A stretch of DNA of 64,000 bases from assembly GCA_965227695.1 (NCBI GenBank), contig OZ245760.1:174619-238618 (forward strand), in the 5' to 3' direction. The notes beneath the pieces were generated by a model. That model ran no database searches, had not been told where the DNA came from, and was given only the letters and a program-made list of their open reading frames with translations. The stretch is from Gammaproteobacteria bacterium. GTDB lineage: Bacteria > Pseudomonadota > Gammaproteobacteria > UBA4575. Of the stretch, positions 49,595 to 61,006 are shown piece by piece. The stretch's first letter is position 1. Every line of letters begins with the position of its first letter. The translations under genes were made by a program, and so were the position numbers.

Positions 49595-50485
49595 ATGTAT
49601 ACTCGCTGTCCAAGTTGTCGTGCTGCCTTCAGCATCAGTCAACAGCAATTAGAAATTGCTGCAGGCGTTGTTCGTTGTGGTATATGCGAACATGTTTTTG
49701 ATGCCAAGCTGTTTCTGTTTAATCAGGAACCCAGACCGGCAGAGGCAGACAACGGGGCTGATAACGAAATTACAGATGTTACAGGGGCTGTCGATCTTGA
49801 ACTGAATAGTGAACCACACACGACTATAGACCTGGAAATTCTAGACCGGGACTTGCACGACCACGCCAGCACAGCTGATGAGGACATCATAGGCACGGAG
49901 CAGCCCAAAGGTCATTCAGAATGTGACACGGCTGAATCCGAAACCGGACATTCTGGCGATGACAAGGTCATTCCCAAAATAATCGCGGACCAGGTGTCCA
50001 GCCTGGAGAAACCGTCCCCGGAAATCAAACCGGTGCAATGGCTGGGAATGATAACACTCATCGTATTACTTGCATTTTTGGGTATTCAGACAGTGGCAGC
50101 TTTTAAAGCAAATATAATTCCATCTTCGTATCAGGGCATAATCTGTCAATGGTTAAAATGTTCAGTTGAGCTACCCCGTGCACTCGATAAAATAGAAGTG
50201 CTTAACAGAAGCATACACACACACCCGACGGAACCAAAGGCACTGATGGTGACCCTCACGATTATTAATCGTGCACCTTTTACGCAACCATACCCCGTAA
50301 TTCAGTTACTCTTTTTAAATACAAGCGGTGATATCATCGCGGCAAGGCAATTTAGCCCCAATCACTATCTGCAAGAAGAATGGTCGGCCGATCGCCTTAT
50401 GGCTTCCATGACGCCTTTGTCAATTCAGCTGGAAGTGCACGATGTCGGCGAAGAAGTCGTCAGCTACAATTTTGACTTTTTTTAA
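49595..50485 (+). CDS. Zinc-ribbon + DUF3426 domain membrane protein
   Basis: N-terminal CPSC...VRCGIC, acidic linker, TM, C-terminal N.A.F.QPYP; usual prmA-dusB neighbour. Confidence 0.85.
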   Translation: MYTRCPSCRAAFSISQQQLEIAAGVVRCGICEHVFDAKLFLFNQEPRPAEADNGADNEITDVTGAVDLELNSEPHTTIDLEILDRDLHDHASTADEDIIGTEQPKGHSECDTAESETGHSGDDKVIPKIIADQVSSLEKPSPEIKPVQWLGMITLIVLLAFLGIQTVAAFKANIIPSSYQGIICQWLKCSVELPRALDKIEVLNRSIHTHPTEPKALMVTLTIINRAPFTQPYPVIQLLFLNTSGDIIAARQFSPNHYLQEEWSADRLMASMTPLSIQLEVHDVGEEVVSYNFDFF

Positions 50486-50513
50486 TCCTGAATGTAAGCC
50501 AGAAACTCTCGCA

Positions 50514-51500
50514 ATGAAAGTCGGACCATATAATCTATCGAATAAATGCTTTCTTGCCCCCATGGCAGGAGTGACTGACCTGCCATTTCGCTTGCTTTGC
50601 CGCAAACTGGGAGCCGGCTATACAGTGACAGAAATGATCAGTGCAGACCTTAAGCTCTGGCATAGCCCGAAGTCAGCTCAGCGACGTTCGCACATGGGTG
50701 AACCGGCCCCCCGGGCCGTACAGATCGTGGGGTCTGATCCGGAGCAGCTTGCCCAGGCCGCGCAATTCAATGTCGATCATGGTGCGGATATTATCGATAT
50801 CAATATGGGTTGCCCGGCAAAAAAAGTCTGTAAAGTACTCGCAGGTTCGGCACTGCTGGCAGATGAGGCGCTTGTAAAGCGTATACTTTCCAGGGTCGTA
50901 AATGCTGTCAATGTGCCGGTGACATTAAAAATACGCACAGGCACCGACCAAAACCACAAAAATGGAGTTGAAATTGCCAGAATCGCAGAAGACTGCGGCA
51001 TTCAGATGCTCACTGTCCATGGCCGCACACGTGCCTGTCGCTTTCATGGGCATGCAGAATACAGCACGATCTGCAAGATAAAAAAGTCAATAAATATCCC
51101 CGTCGTGGCTAATGGAGATATAAATTCTCCAGAAAAAGCAAAAAAGGTCTTGGCAATTACCAACGCAGATGCGATTATGATCGGGCGCGCGGCACAGGGT
51201 CAGCCGTGGCTATTTCGCCAAATTGACCACTATCTGAAATTCAATGAAAAATTAGAAGCGCCGCCACTGGCGGAGATACGAACTATTATATTGAATCATT
51301 TACAAGAACTGTATTCCCTGTATGGAAAACAACAAGGAGTGCGAATTGCGCGTAAACATATTGGCTGGTACTTAGATAATATGATTGGCTCGTTACAATT
51401 CAAAAAAAAGGTATTTTCCGTAGCTGATGCAGATGTCCAGTTCGATATGGTACGTAGTTATTTGCAAGACGCAGAATTTAAAATGGAGAACGTTGCATGA
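50514..51500 (+). CDS. dusB: tRNA-dihydrouridine synthase B
   Basis: LAPMAGVTD.PFR, IDINMGCP.KKV, TVHGRT and ANGDI motifs; start placed at the ATG at 50514. Confidence 0.95.
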   Translation: MKVGPYNLSNKCFLAPMAGVTDLPFRLLCRKLGAGYTVTEMISADLKLWHSPKSAQRRSHMGEPAPRAVQIVGSDPEQLAQAAQFNVDHGADIIDINMGCPAKKVCKVLAGSALLADEALVKRILSRVVNAVNVPVTLKIRTGTDQNHKNGVEIARIAEDCGIQMLTVHGRTRACRFHGHAEYSTICKIKKSINIPVVANGDINSPEKAKKVLAITNADAIMIGRAAQGQPWLFRQIDHYLKFNEKLEAPPLAEIRTIILNHLQELYSLYGKQQGVRIARKHIGWYLDNMIGSLQFKKKVFSVADADVQFDMVRSYLQDAEFKMENVA

Positions 51501-51778
51501 CAAGTTCAGTTTCAAACTTAAATGTTTCTGAGTTACATCCGGTAACTCCCTCACAGACGCTTAGAGAATCTGTTGCGGAATCTCTACGCAGTTATTTCAG
51601 CAAGTTAGATGGCCATGCGCCGGATGACCTGTACCGTATGGTTATAGAGGAAGTAGAAAAGCCGCTACTGGAATCCGTTATGAATTACTGTGGTGGCAAC
51701 CAGACCAAAGCAGCAAAATGCCTGGGACTCAACCGTGGCACCCTGCGCAAAAAGCTTAAACATTACGACGTACGTTAA
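51497..51778 (+). CDS. fis: DNA-binding protein Fis
   Basis: EVEKPLL, GNQTKAA..LGLNRGTLRKKLK; follows dusB. Confidence 0.95.
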   Translation: MTSSVSNLNVSELHPVTPSQTLRESVAESLRSYFSKLDGHAPDDLYRMVIEEVEKPLLESVMNYCGGNQTKAAKCLGLNRGTLRKKLKHYDVR

Positions 51779-51803
51779 TTATTTTCTCATTCACGCTTAA
51801 ACT

Positions 51804-53369
51804 ATGTCGTCAGCGACAAACCGCCGGGTTCAGCGCGCACTGATTAGTGTTTCTGACAAATCAGGCATCGGGGAGTTTGCAACAAAGTTACATCAGGCGG
51901 GTATTCAGATACTTTCAACAGGCGGCACAGCCGCACTATTACGTGCGGCTGATGTCCCTGTCACGGATGTCAGCGAGCATACACACTCACCTGAAATAAT
52001 GGACGGACGTGTGAAAACACTCCACCCGAAAATTCACGGTGGTATCCTCGGACGAGCCGGCGTTGATGATGATGTAATGCAGCAACATGGAATAGACGCC
52101 ATAGATCTCGTGGTTGTCAACCTGTACCCGTTTGCGCAAACTATTGCTCAGCCCGAATGTACGCTGGCACTCGCGATAGAAAACATCGATATCGGCGGAC
52201 CTGCGATGATTCGTGCTGCTGCCAAGAATTTTCAGCGTGTCAGCGTCGTTGTAGATCCGGCAGATTACTCTGCCGTACTGGCCGAGCTCGCAAATAATGA
52301 TCAAACGATCGGCCAGCCGCTTCGCTTTCATCTGGCATGCAAAGCATTTAGTCACACTGCAGAATATGATGGCCGGATTGCAAATTACCTGGGGCAACAA
52401 AATGAAAACCCCTGCCCTGATAGCATTCATTTTACTTATAATAAAAAACAGGTATTGCGTTATGGAGAGAACCCACACCAGACGGCCTGTTTCTATTCGG
52501 AACCACAGCCGGAACAAGGCACAATTGCCGCCGCAAGACTCACTCAAGGTAAAGAGCTGTCATTTAACAACATTGCCGATACAGATGCCGCACTCCAATG
52601 CGTTAAGCAGTTCAAGCGTCCTGCATGTGTCATCGTGAAACATGCAAACCCTTGTGGCGTTGCCGTCGCAGAATCCCTTGAACAAGCATATCAGTTCGCC
52701 TTTCGGACCGATCCTACCTCAGCGTTTGGCGGCATTATCGCCTTTAATCATGCCCTGGATGCGAAAACCGCAAAAACAATTCTGGACCAGCAATTTGTTG
52801 AAGTCATTATCGCCCCTGGCATAGATTCAGATGCCATTCATATACTGAATACCAAGCCAAATACACGAGTACTGGATTGCGGCACTATCGCGATCACCCC
52901 TGCCGGTCATGATATGCGCAAGGTCAGTGGTGGTTTGCTTTTGCAGGATCAGGACCATGCCACGGTACAGGCATCCGATTTAAATATAGTGACTCAGCGC
53001 AAACCCAGTGAGCATGAAATCCGTGATCTGCTATTTGCATGGAAGGTTGCCAAGTATGTTAAATCAAACGCTATTGTTTATGCGCACAATGAACGTTCTA
53101 TCGGTATCGGTGCCGGTCAGATGAGTCGCGTCTATTCAGCTAAAATTGCCGGTATTAAAGCACAGGAAGAAGGGTTGAGAGTGGAAGGTTCAGTCATGGC
53201 ATCAGATGCCTTTTTCCCTTTCAGGGACGGTCTTGATGCCGCACATGATGCCGGTATCAGCGCCGTGATTCAGCCCGGTGGCTCACGCAATGATAAAGAA
53301 GTCATTGCTGCCGCTGATGAACATGGCATGGCCATGGTATTCACCGGCATACGCCATTTCCGTCATTAA
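51804..53369 (+). CDS. purH: Bifunctional AICAR transformylase/IMP cyclohydrolase
   Basis: [37 protein letters not shown] and C-terminal RHFRH. Confidence 0.97.
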   Translation: MSSATNRRVQRALISVSDKSGIGEFATKLHQAGIQILSTGGTAALLRAADVPVTDVSEHTHSPEIMDGRVKTLHPKIHGGILGRAGVDDDVMQQHGIDAIDLVVVNLYPFAQTIAQPECTLALAIENIDIGGPAMIRAAAKNFQRVSVVVDPADYSAVLAELANNDQTIGQPLRFHLACKAFSHTAEYDGRIANYLGQQNENPCPDSIHFTYNKKQVLRYGENPHQTACFYSEPQPEQGTIAAARLTQGKELSFNNIADTDAALQCVKQFKRPACVIVKHANPCGVAVAESLEQAYQFAFRTDPTSAFGGIIAFNHALDAKTAKTILDQQFVEVIIAPGIDSDAIHILNTKPNTRVLDCGTIAITPAGHDMRKVSGGLLLQDQDHATVQASDLNIVTQRKPSEHEIRDLLFAWKVAKYVKSNAIVYAHNERSIGIGAGQMSRVYSAKIAGIKAQEEGLRVEGSVMASDAFFPFRDGLDAAHDAGISAVIQPGGSRNDKEVIAAADEHGMAMVFTGIRHFRH

Positions 53370-53611
53370 GCGCTCTCGCTTGGGTTCAGCTAATATCCAG
53401 CATGATGTAATATTATCCAGAGACAATGGAAGTTTACTGACAATTTATTTTACGCCTTGACTGCTGGCTATATTGTTCATCCACAACCGGCTTATTCGCC
53501 TTATGCACCTGGTCTCCTCATGCAGACTCAAAGTCGTCATCACAATTTCAGCTCGCAATAGAATTTGAAACTGTCATTTCAAGCGGCTTACGCTAAACCA
53601 AGGAAATAAAT

Positions 53612-54502
53612 ATGCCGGTCATTATTCAGATTGCACAAATCATGTTTCCTCTGGTTGCAATTGTAGTAATCGGGATATTGGTTGGTATCAGGCAACAGCC
53701 GGCATTAGAAACTATCAACAACATCAATTTAAATATTTTTATTCCGGCACTGGTGTTTTCTTCCCTGTTACAACAGCAGTTCCAGCTTAGAGAATATGCA
53801 TTACTCGGTATAAGTGGCCTGATAATGGTATTGTTAACCGCTATTGTAGCAATACCGGTAGCAAAACTTTTTAGTGTTAGCTATCGTACACTTGCACCTC
53901 CCCTGATGTTTCATAATGCTGGCAATATAGGTTTGCCTTTATTATCTCTCGCGCTTGGCCCGGAGGGTTTGGCCGCAGGATTAATATTATTCCTGATTGG
54001 TAATATTACCCACTTCGGCTTAGGATCTTACATGCTTGACCATCAGGCAAAATGGTTACGCAGCATCACATCCCCGGCTATCATCGCCGCAATCCTGGCG
54101 CTTAGCCTGCAAAGCCATATCATTCTCATTCCTGAATTTATTATCTTACCCTTTGATATGCTCGGTAGCATTGCAGTCCCTCTGATGCTTTTCTCTTTGG
54201 GTGTACAACTTAGTCGTGCGAACTTTGAATACTGGAAACTTGGTCTCCTGGCCGGCCTGGCGACACCCATAATCGGTGTGTCGTTAGCGCTTATGATTGC
54301 TATTGTTATTCCTCTTACCAAAATACAGCTGGCCGCACTGATACTTTTTGGCGCTTTGCCACCTGCAGTAATGAATTTCCTGTTTGCTTCACGCTACCAG
54401 CAGGAACCAACGAAAGTTTCTGCTATAGTATTAATAGGCAATGTTCTTGGGATATTCAGCTTGCCGACGGCTTTGTGGTTTGTTTTGCCAGGTTTGACAT
54501 AA
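53612..54502 (+). CDS. AEC (auxin efflux carrier) family transporter
   Basis: About 10 TMs; IFIPALVF, NAGNIGLP, PLMLFSLG and LPPAV.N motifs. Confidence 0.85.
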   Translation: MPVIIQIAQIMFPLVAIVVIGILVGIRQQPALETINNINLNIFIPALVFSSLLQQQFQLREYALLGISGLIMVLLTAIVAIPVAKLFSVSYRTLAPPLMFHNAGNIGLPLLSLALGPEGLAAGLILFLIGNITHFGLGSYMLDHQAKWLRSITSPAIIAAILALSLQSHIILIPEFIILPFDMLGSIAVPLMLFSLGVQLSRANFEYWKLGLLAGLATPIIGVSLALMIAIVIPLTKIQLAALILFGALPPAVMNFLFASRYQQEPTKVSAIVLIGNVLGIFSLPTALWFVLPGLT

Positions 54503-54517
54503 ATTGAGTAAATTTTT

Positions 54518-55795
54518 ATGAAGAAAATATTAGTAATAGGCAGTGGAGGCAGAGAACATGCACTGGCCTGGAAGTTTGCACAGTCGTCCCTTACGCACAA
54601 AGTCTACGTCGCACCTGGTAATGCGGGCACAGCGCGGGAACAGAAAGTGGAAAACATCAATATTTCCAGTGATGATATCCCTGCGCTGATTGAGTTTGCC
54701 AGCCAACAAGCAATTGACCTCACTATTGTTGGCCCTGAAGGCCCTTTGGTCGCAGGGATCGTTGATCAATTTAAAGCGCATAATCTATGTATATTTGGCC
54801 CTTCCCAGATTAATGCCCAACTAGAGGGTTCGAAAAGCTTTGCCAAGCGATTCATGCAGCAATTCAACATACCCACTGCTCACTACCAGGAGTTTACAGA
54901 CACGGAGTCTGCACTGGGCTACCTCTCCAGCCAAAACTTTCCGATTGTAATCAAGGCCGACGGCCTCGCCGCAGGTAAAGGTGTTGTTATTGCCGAGGAT
55001 TTACAACAGGCAAATGATGCCGTGATATCCATGCTCAGTGGAAGTGCTTACGGCGATGCAGGCAGAAAAATCGTCATCGAGGAATTCATTCAGGGCGAAG
55101 AATTAAGCTTCATATGTATCGTCGATCATGACGTCATTATTCCACTGGCCAGTTCTCAGGATCATAAAGCACGCGATGCAGGTGACCTGGGACCAAATAC
55201 AGGCGGGATGGGCGCATACTCGCCAGCGCCACTGGTGACCAGCACCATGCACGACAAAATAATGTCCAGTGTTATTAAACCAACGGTACTTGGCTTTATA
55301 CAGTCCGGTCATCCTTATCAGGGGTTTTTATACGCAGGCTTAATGATTACACCTGAGGGTGAACCTAAAGTACTTGAGTTTAATTGCCGTTTTGGTGACC
55401 CCGAAACACAGCCAATATTAATGCGTCTGCGCAGCGATTTGTCACAACTATGCTGGGATACAGCCCGTCATCAATTAACCCTGCAACCGCTTGAATGGGA
55501 TACCCGGTCTGCGCTTGGCGTGGTGATGGCTGCAGGCGGTTACCCTGACAACTATTCAAAAGGGGATGAAATTACAGGCCTTGATTCAGTCGCCTCCCCC
55601 GACACCAAGATTTTTCATGCAGGGACCTCCATGAAGAATGATGGAGAAATCGTGACATCGGGCGGGCGGGTATTATGTGTCACCGCGCTGGGTGATGATG
55701 TCGCAGCAGCCCAGGCAGCTGCTTATAATACAGTCAGAAAAATTTACTGGAATAATGTTTACTATCGAAATGATATAGGTTACAGAGCCCTGTGA
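54518..55795 (+). CDS. purD: Phosphoribosylamine--glycine ligase
   Basis: GSGGREHALAW, KADGLAAGKGV, GPNTGGMGAYSP and EFNCRFGDPE motifs. Confidence 0.97.
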   Translation: MKKILVIGSGGREHALAWKFAQSSLTHKVYVAPGNAGTAREQKVENINISSDDIPALIEFASQQAIDLTIVGPEGPLVAGIVDQFKAHNLCIFGPSQINAQLEGSKSFAKRFMQQFNIPTAHYQEFTDTESALGYLSSQNFPIVIKADGLAAGKGVVIAEDLQQANDAVISMLSGSAYGDAGRKIVIEEFIQGEELSFICIVDHDVIIPLASSQDHKARDAGDLGPNTGGMGAYSPAPLVTSTMHDKIMSSVIKPTVLGFIQSGHPYQGFLYAGLMITPEGEPKVLEFNCRFGDPETQPILMRLRSDLSQLCWDTARHQLTLQPLEWDTRSALGVVMAAGGYPDNYSKGDEITGLDSVASPDTKIFHAGTSMKNDGEIVTSGGRVLCVTALGDDVAAAQAAAYNTVRKIYWNNVYYRNDIGYRAL

Positions 55796-55834
55796 AACTT
55801 GGCCCGGTAAAAGTTAAATAGACGATTCTGACTT

Positions 55835-57091
55835 CTATCTTTTCATTGCTTCAAAGAATTCGGCATTGTTCTTACTGGTTTGCATACGTGCCAGCATAAA
55901 TTCCATCGCTTCAATTTCATCCATTGAATGCAGGAATTTTCTTAATATCCACATTTTCTGGAGAACCTCCGGTTCTATCAGGAGTTCTTCCCGGCGTGTG
56001 CCGGAGCGGTTAATGTTGATGGCAGGATAAATTCGTTTCTCTGCTACGCGACGATCAAGGTGTATCTCCATATTACCTGTTCCCTTGAATTCTTCGTAAA
56101 TAACTTCATCCATTTTAGAACCAGTGTCAATTAGTGCAGTGGCCAGGATAGTCAGACTACCCCCTTCTTCAATATTCCTGGCTGCACCAAAGAAACGTTT
56201 TGGGCGGTTAAGCGCATTCGCTTCAACACCACCAGACAATACCTTGCCTGATGAGGGTGCGACTGTATTATATGCACGCGCCAATCGGGTAATGGAATCA
56301 AGCAATATCACTACATCACGCTTGTGTTCAACGAGTCGCTTGGCTTTTTCGATCACCATTTCCGCGACCTGAACATGGCGGCTGGCCGGCTCATCGAACG
56401 TACTTGAGACCACTTCACCCTGTACCATGCGCTGCATCTCGGTCACTTCTTCAGGTCGCTCATCAATCAGTAACACAATCAGGTAGCATTCAGGATGATT
56501 GGCACTGATACTTTGCGCAATATTCTGAATCATAATCGTTTTGCCGGCTTTCGGGGGCGACACGACCAACCCACGCTGGCCTTTACCAATGGGTGAACAT
56601 ACGTCAATAATCCGTGCTGTAATATCTTCCGTGCTTCCGTTACCACGCTCGAGCTTGAGCATTTCGTTTGGATGCAGCGGAGTGAGGTTCTCAAACAAAA
56701 CCTTGGTCTTGGCATTCTCAGGCGCCTCAAAATTAATCTGATCAACTTTGAGCATGGCAAAATAGCGCTCGCTGTCTTTAGGCGGTCTTATTTTGCCGGC
56801 AACAGTATCCCCTGTTCTTAGGCCAAAGCGACGAATTTGACTGGGTGAAACATATATGTCATCTGGACCTGCCAGATAGGAGCAATCTGCCGACCTTAAA
56901 AAGCCAAATCCATCCTGCAGAATTTCCAGCACACCATCACCAAATATATCTTCCCCGCTTTTTGCGTGCGCTTTCAATAGGGTAAATATGATGTCCTGCT
57001 TGCGCATACGGGCAACATTATCTATACCCATATTTCTTGCGAGTTCGACCAGTTCAGCAGCAGATTTAACTTTAAGTTCGGTGAGGTTCAT
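55835..57091 (-). CDS. rho: Transcription termination factor Rho
   Basis: [36 protein letters not shown] and [10 protein letters not shown] motifs. Confidence 0.99.
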   Translation of the reverse strand: MNLTELKVKSAAELVELARNMGIDNVARMRKQDIIFTLLKAHAKSGEDIFGDGVLEILQDGFGFLRSADCSYLAGPDDIYVSPSQIRRFGLRTGDTVAGKIRPPKDSERYFAMLKVDQINFEAPENAKTKVLFENLTPLHPNEMLKLERGNGSTEDITARIIDVCSPIGKGQRGLVVSPPKAGKTIMIQNIAQSISANHPECYLIVLLIDERPEEVTEMQRMVQGEVVSSTFDEPASRHVQVAEMVIEKAKRLVEHKRDVVILLDSITRLARAYNTVAPSSGKVLSGGVEANALNRPKRFFGAARNIEEGGSLTILATALIDTGSKMDEVIYEEFKGTGNMEIHLDRRVAEKRIYPAININRSGTRREELLIEPEVLQKMWILRKFLHSMDEIEAMEFMLARMQTSKNNAEFFEAMKR

Positions 57092-57202
57092 AGATTACTT
57101 GTTGTTTTACTTGAATTTATATGGAGTGTTTATTGGGAAACCAGACTGAATGAACCCAGGCAGTTGACATATCGTTCGGGTACCAGGAAACTGGTTTCTT
57201 GC

Positions 57203-57289
57203 CGGGCTTGGCAGTTTTTTACAGTAAGTAGAGTATTATTTATAACGTTTTGCGCCCGTTACTGGTTTGGGCACCATCGGGCTTGGCAG
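57203..57289 (-). repeat. 12-bp direct repeat in the rho 5' leader
   Basis: CGGGCTTGGCAG (+ strand) at 57203-57214 and 57278-57289, each preceded by ACTGGTTT. Confidence 0.7.
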
Positions 57290-57300
57290 CGTTAATTTGC

Positions 57301-57329
57301 AAGTTAGCACTAAATTCTGAAGGCGTCCA
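57301..57329 (-). promoter_or_regulatory. rho promoter
   Basis: Minus strand TGGACG-N17-(TGC)TAACTT, resembling the trxA-rho intergenic promoter as I recall it from enterobacteria. Confidence 0.65.
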
Positions 57330-57366
57330 GTAAATTTAGCATGCCAAATGGCCGTTAATCTATCTT

Positions 57367-57693
57367 TTAAATGCTCTGATCAATAAAAGCGGTCAACTGC
57401 GACTTTGATAGGGCGCCTACTTTGGTTGATTGAACATCTCCGCCCTTGAAAATCATCAATGTAGGTATGCCCCGAATACCGAATTTGGGTGGCGTGGCCG
57501 GATTTTCATCAATATTCAGTTTTGTAATTTTTAACTTGCCTTGATAATCCGCCGCTATTTCATCAAGAATGGGAGCAATCATTTTGCAGGGTCCACACCA
57601 TTCCGCCCAATAATCAACTAATACGGGAATGTCGCTTTGCAAGACTTCCTGCTCAAAAGATGCATCAGTTATGTGCGTGATTTTGTCACTCAA
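57367..57693 (-). CDS. trxA: Thioredoxin
   Basis: WAEWCGPCK active site; upstream of rho; TTG start with AGGAG RBS. Confidence 0.97.
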   Translation of the reverse strand: MSDKITHITDASFEQEVLQSDIPVLVDYWAEWCGPCKMIAPILDEIAADYQGKLKITKLNIDENPATPPKFGIRGIPTLMIFKGGDVQSTKVGALSKSQLTAFIDQSI

Positions 57694-57843
57694 GAGTTTG
57701 CGCTCCTAAAGAAATAATTGAAGGTTTGTTCATTTCTATCGACATTTTTAACGCATATTTGCTTGGAAAACAAGACGCACCGGGAATAATGCACTCAGCG
57801 TTACTTCACATACTTCTTTGATATAAGCGGGTATACTGCTCAG

Positions 57844-58776
57844 ATGAAGAAAAAAAACTGTATCGCTATACTTGGAGGAAGTGGCTTTGTCGGCTCAGAA
57901 GTATGTACCCAGCTGGTCGCAGCGGGTTATTCTGTTCGATTGCTGACTCGACACCCCGATAAATGCCGCTCACTGAGAGTGTTACCTTCGTTATCTGTTT
58001 GTCCTGTCTCGGCATACAATGCTTCATCTATCTCAGGATTCAGCAGTGGTTGCCAGGCTCTCATCAACCTGGTTGGGATACTCAACGAAAAAGGCAACGA
58101 CGGCAAGCAGTTTCATGAAACTCACGTTGGCACAACACGAGAAGCTTTAAATGCCTGTGAGCAATCCGGCATATCACGCATCATTCAACTGAGCGCTCTG
58201 AATGCCGATCCTGCTGCCGACAGTTATTACCTAAGCACCAAGGGAAAAGCGGAAAACTATTTAAAAACATTTTCCGATCAGCACATTGATTACACGATAT
58301 ACAGGCCTTCAGTCATATTTGGCGAAAAAGACAGCTTCCTGAACCGTTTTGCCAGGCTCCTTAAATACTCACCCGGCATTTTCCCCCTGGCGTGCCCCAA
58401 TACCCGGTTTGCACCGGTATACGTAGGAGATGTGGCCCGGCAAATAGTGCATTCGGTTGGCGAGAAATCTACCTTTAATCGTAGTTATGATTTATGTGGA
58501 CCATACAACTACACATTAAAAGAGCTTGTCCAATATACTGCAAGCATATGTGGTTACAAGCGCAACATTATCGGACTGCCCAATGCTTTATCCAGGCTAC
58601 AGGCCAGCATTCTGGAACACTTCCCGGGCAAGCCTTTTTCCAAAGACAATTTTAAGTCACTCCAGCTTGATAGCATATGTCGCGACGGCAGCACGTGTAT
58701 CACTTCATTGCAGGCTGTCGCGCCAAGCTATCTATGTAGCAGCCGTATAGCTTCCAACAAATACAAAACTGCATAA
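57844..58776 (+). CDS. NAD(P)-binding atypical SDR, complex I NDUFA9-like family
   Basis: GGSGFVG, INLVGILNE, SAL.A, Y..TK, RPSVIFG and APVYVGDVA motifs. Confidence 0.85.
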   Translation: MKKKNCIAILGGSGFVGSEVCTQLVAAGYSVRLLTRHPDKCRSLRVLPSLSVCPVSAYNASSISGFSSGCQALINLVGILNEKGNDGKQFHETHVGTTREALNACEQSGISRIIQLSALNADPAADSYYLSTKGKAENYLKTFSDQHIDYTIYRPSVIFGEKDSFLNRFARLLKYSPGIFPLACPNTRFAPVYVGDVARQIVHSVGEKSTFNRSYDLCGPYNYTLKELVQYTASICGYKRNIIGLPNALSRLQASILEHFPGKPFSKDNFKSLQLDSICRDGSTCITSLQAVAPSYLCSSRIASNKYKTA

Positions 58777-58782
58777 CAGGCT

Positions 58783-59841
58783 CTAACGACATAGGCTGTT
58801 TTCAAGCTGTGTCCGTCGTTGCTGCATCTTTAATCCACGCAATCCTTCTACAGACCGATAAAAGTTTGCAAGCTTTTTATCGCAATTGTGAAATAAATTA
58901 ATAAATTGTGGTACCAGGTTTTGATAAGTTGCGAATGCGTTGAGCCGGGCATTGTTAACATCTTCCAAAAACCATGACCCGTACTGATCATAAAGTTGTG
59001 CGGATTGTAATAACGTGGTCATTTCAGTGTGATAATGCTTGAGAGCATGCTGTTTTTGTTGCTGTTTATTGTAATGGTCCTGTGAAGATTGATATATTGT
59101 TCTCAGACGCGTTCTTAAATCACTGATTACTTGGTAAAATTGTCGCAAGTAAAGATTGTTGTGCTGATAGGCGGACAGCAATTCCGTCTGATTTGACATT
59201 CGCAACCACCGTTCTGTACCCAGTTGTGCCAACGCCGTTGCAAAAGCCTCATTCAAGGCGGTATCGTTTTTAATGTACAGTTTCTGGTGCGCCAGCTCGT
59301 GAAAGATATGTTCGGCCATGGATACATTATTGCCACTCACCATGCTACTTAGTACAGGATCTTTAAACCATCCAAGTGTCGAATAAGCAGGGACTGGTGC
59401 CACGTAAACCTCATATCCCTGCTGTTTGAGTTTTGAAGAAAAATTCACTGCGTGGCTTTTTTCAAAATAGCCACGGTAGGGCACACATCCAGCCACCCAA
59501 AAACACCATAATTTTGGCTGCAAAGAAAAAGGCCTGGCCGCAAAAACCACCCAGGTTACATAGTCTCGCTCCAGTTCAACGTACGTTTTGTAGCTTTGAT
59601 TATCGGGGAGCAACAACTCATTAGTGGCAAATTCACGTATCTCAATGAGCTGTTTAAACAGATTTTTAGAGGTTTCGTCTGTGGCTGTTTTTGCAAGCAT
59701 ATCTATCGACTCGCGTTGCTGCATTATCTGCAAATGCCCGCGTGCCGCCTGCAACCAATAAGCAGGCGATGTGCAAGCCGCCATATGAATAAGACTAGTG
59801 ATTAATAAAATTCGTATTAAAATAGTCGTTTTTATTAACAT
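58783..59841 (-). CDS. Putative zinc aminopeptidase (probable lipoprotein)
   Basis: [31 protein letters not shown] and NEAFAT motifs; lipobox-like MAAC; start placed at 59841 (ORF track 59859). Confidence 0.8.
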   Translation of the reverse strand: MLIKTTILIRILLITSLIHMAACTSPAYWLQAARGHLQIMQQRESIDMLAKTATDETSKNLFKQLIEIREFATNELLLPDNQSYKTYVELERDYVTWVVFAARPFSLQPKLWCFWVAGCVPYRGYFEKSHAVNFSSKLKQQGYEVYVAPVPAYSTLGWFKDPVLSSMVSGNNVSMAEHIFHELAHQKLYIKNDTALNEAFATALAQLGTERWLRMSNQTELLSAYQHNNLYLRQFYQVISDLRTRLRTIYQSSQDHYNKQQQKQHALKHYHTEMTTLLQSAQLYDQYGSWFLEDVNNARLNAFATYQNLVPQFINLFHNCDKKLANFYRSVEGLRGLKMQQRRTQLENSLCR

Positions 59842-59857
59842 CAATTTGGGATTTCCC

Positions 59858-61006
59858 ATGAAGAAATATCTGGTTGGCGGCGCAGTTCGTGACAGATTAC
59901 TTAGTCTACCAGTCCATGAACGAGACTGGGTAGTTGTCGGTGCTACACCAGAGCAACTATTACAACAGGGCTATCGGCAAGTAGGCAAAGACTTCCCTGT
60001 TTTTTTGCATCCACACACACATGAGGAATATGCGCTGGCGCGCACAGAACGCAAGTCAGGACTTGGTCACAGGGGCTTTGATATTTTTAGCAGTCCTGAT
60101 ATCAGCCTTGAAGATGACTTACGCAGACGTGACTTAACGATCAATGCCATCGCTCAAGATGAAAATGGTATCCTGACAGATCCTTTTAACGGTCAAAAAG
60201 ACATAGATAAACGCATACTCAGGCATGTATCGGCAGCATTTGCGGAGGACCCTCTGCGTGTATTGAGAGTCGCGCGTTTTGCAGCAAAATTCTGGTCCCT
60301 TGGGTTCACAATTGCACCTGAAACTCTTGCCTTGATGACTTCAATCTGCAACAGCGGTGAACTCGAACATTTATCAAAAGAACGCATATGGCATGAAACG
60401 GAACGTGCATTATCGACCTCGAATCCGGAAATTTTTATCCATGTACTCATGCAGACGGGCGCAATTGAGCGAATTGCGCCCGAGTTATCCCAGTCACTCA
60501 GTAAAAAGAAATCATTACTCAGGTTATCCAGAATCAAGCATATCAATGCTACTGAGTGTAGATACGTCTGTCTCGTTTTGCTTGCCTGCCAGGCTGAAGA
60601 TACTTTTAATATTGAAATTGCTGATACGATCAGCCATTCATTAGCCTGCCCCGGCAACCTGCATAAGCTTACGCGACTTTGCGTACAGTTCTTCTCGTCG
60701 TGCTGCAATCTTCTTTCCAAGAGTGAAGATGAAATATACCACCTACTGCATGCACTTGATGCTTTTCGACGCCAATCACGCTGCATGCAAATGATAAAAT
60801 GCATGCAATGTGCCCAACCAGTTTTAAATCAAACGTGTGGCGACTCCTTGACGTTCATGGGACAACTGATAGAAAGTTTGAATTCTGTCTCGCTAGATGA
60901 AAACAAAAGAAAACAGCTACAGGGAAAAGCGATTGGAGAAGCAATTAAACGATTGCGTATCAAAGAAATCCGAAACCAGTTACAGCGATTAAACAAAGAT
61001 AAATAA
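59858..61006 (+). CDS. cca: CCA tRNA nucleotidyltransferase (no recognisable HD domain)
   Basis: [35 protein letters not shown] and EDPLRVLR motifs; start at MKKYLVGG (59858). Confidence 0.9.
   Translation: MKKYLVGGAVRDRLLSLPVHERDWVVVGATPEQLLQQGYRQVGKDFPVFLHPHTHEEYALARTERKSGLGHRGFDIFSSPDISLEDDLRRRDLTINAIAQDENGILTDPFNGQKDIDKRILRHVSAAFAEDPLRVLRVARFAAKFWSLGFTIAPETLALMTSICNSGELEHLSKERIWHETERALSTSNPEIFIHVLMQTGAIERIAPELSQSLSKKKSLLRLSRIKHINATECRYVCLVLLACQAEDTFNIEIADTISHSLACPGNLHKLTRLCVQFFSSCCNLLSKSEDEIYHLLHALDAFRRQSRCMQMIKCMQCAQPVLNQTCGDSLTFMGQLIESLNSVSLDENKRKQLQGKAIGEAIKRLRIKEIRNQLQRLNKDK

Noticed and set aside
57301-57345. Second CIRCE (TTAGCACT) upstream of rho
   Set aside because: Only a half-site; better explained as the reverse complement of the rho promoter extended -10 (TGCTAACTT).
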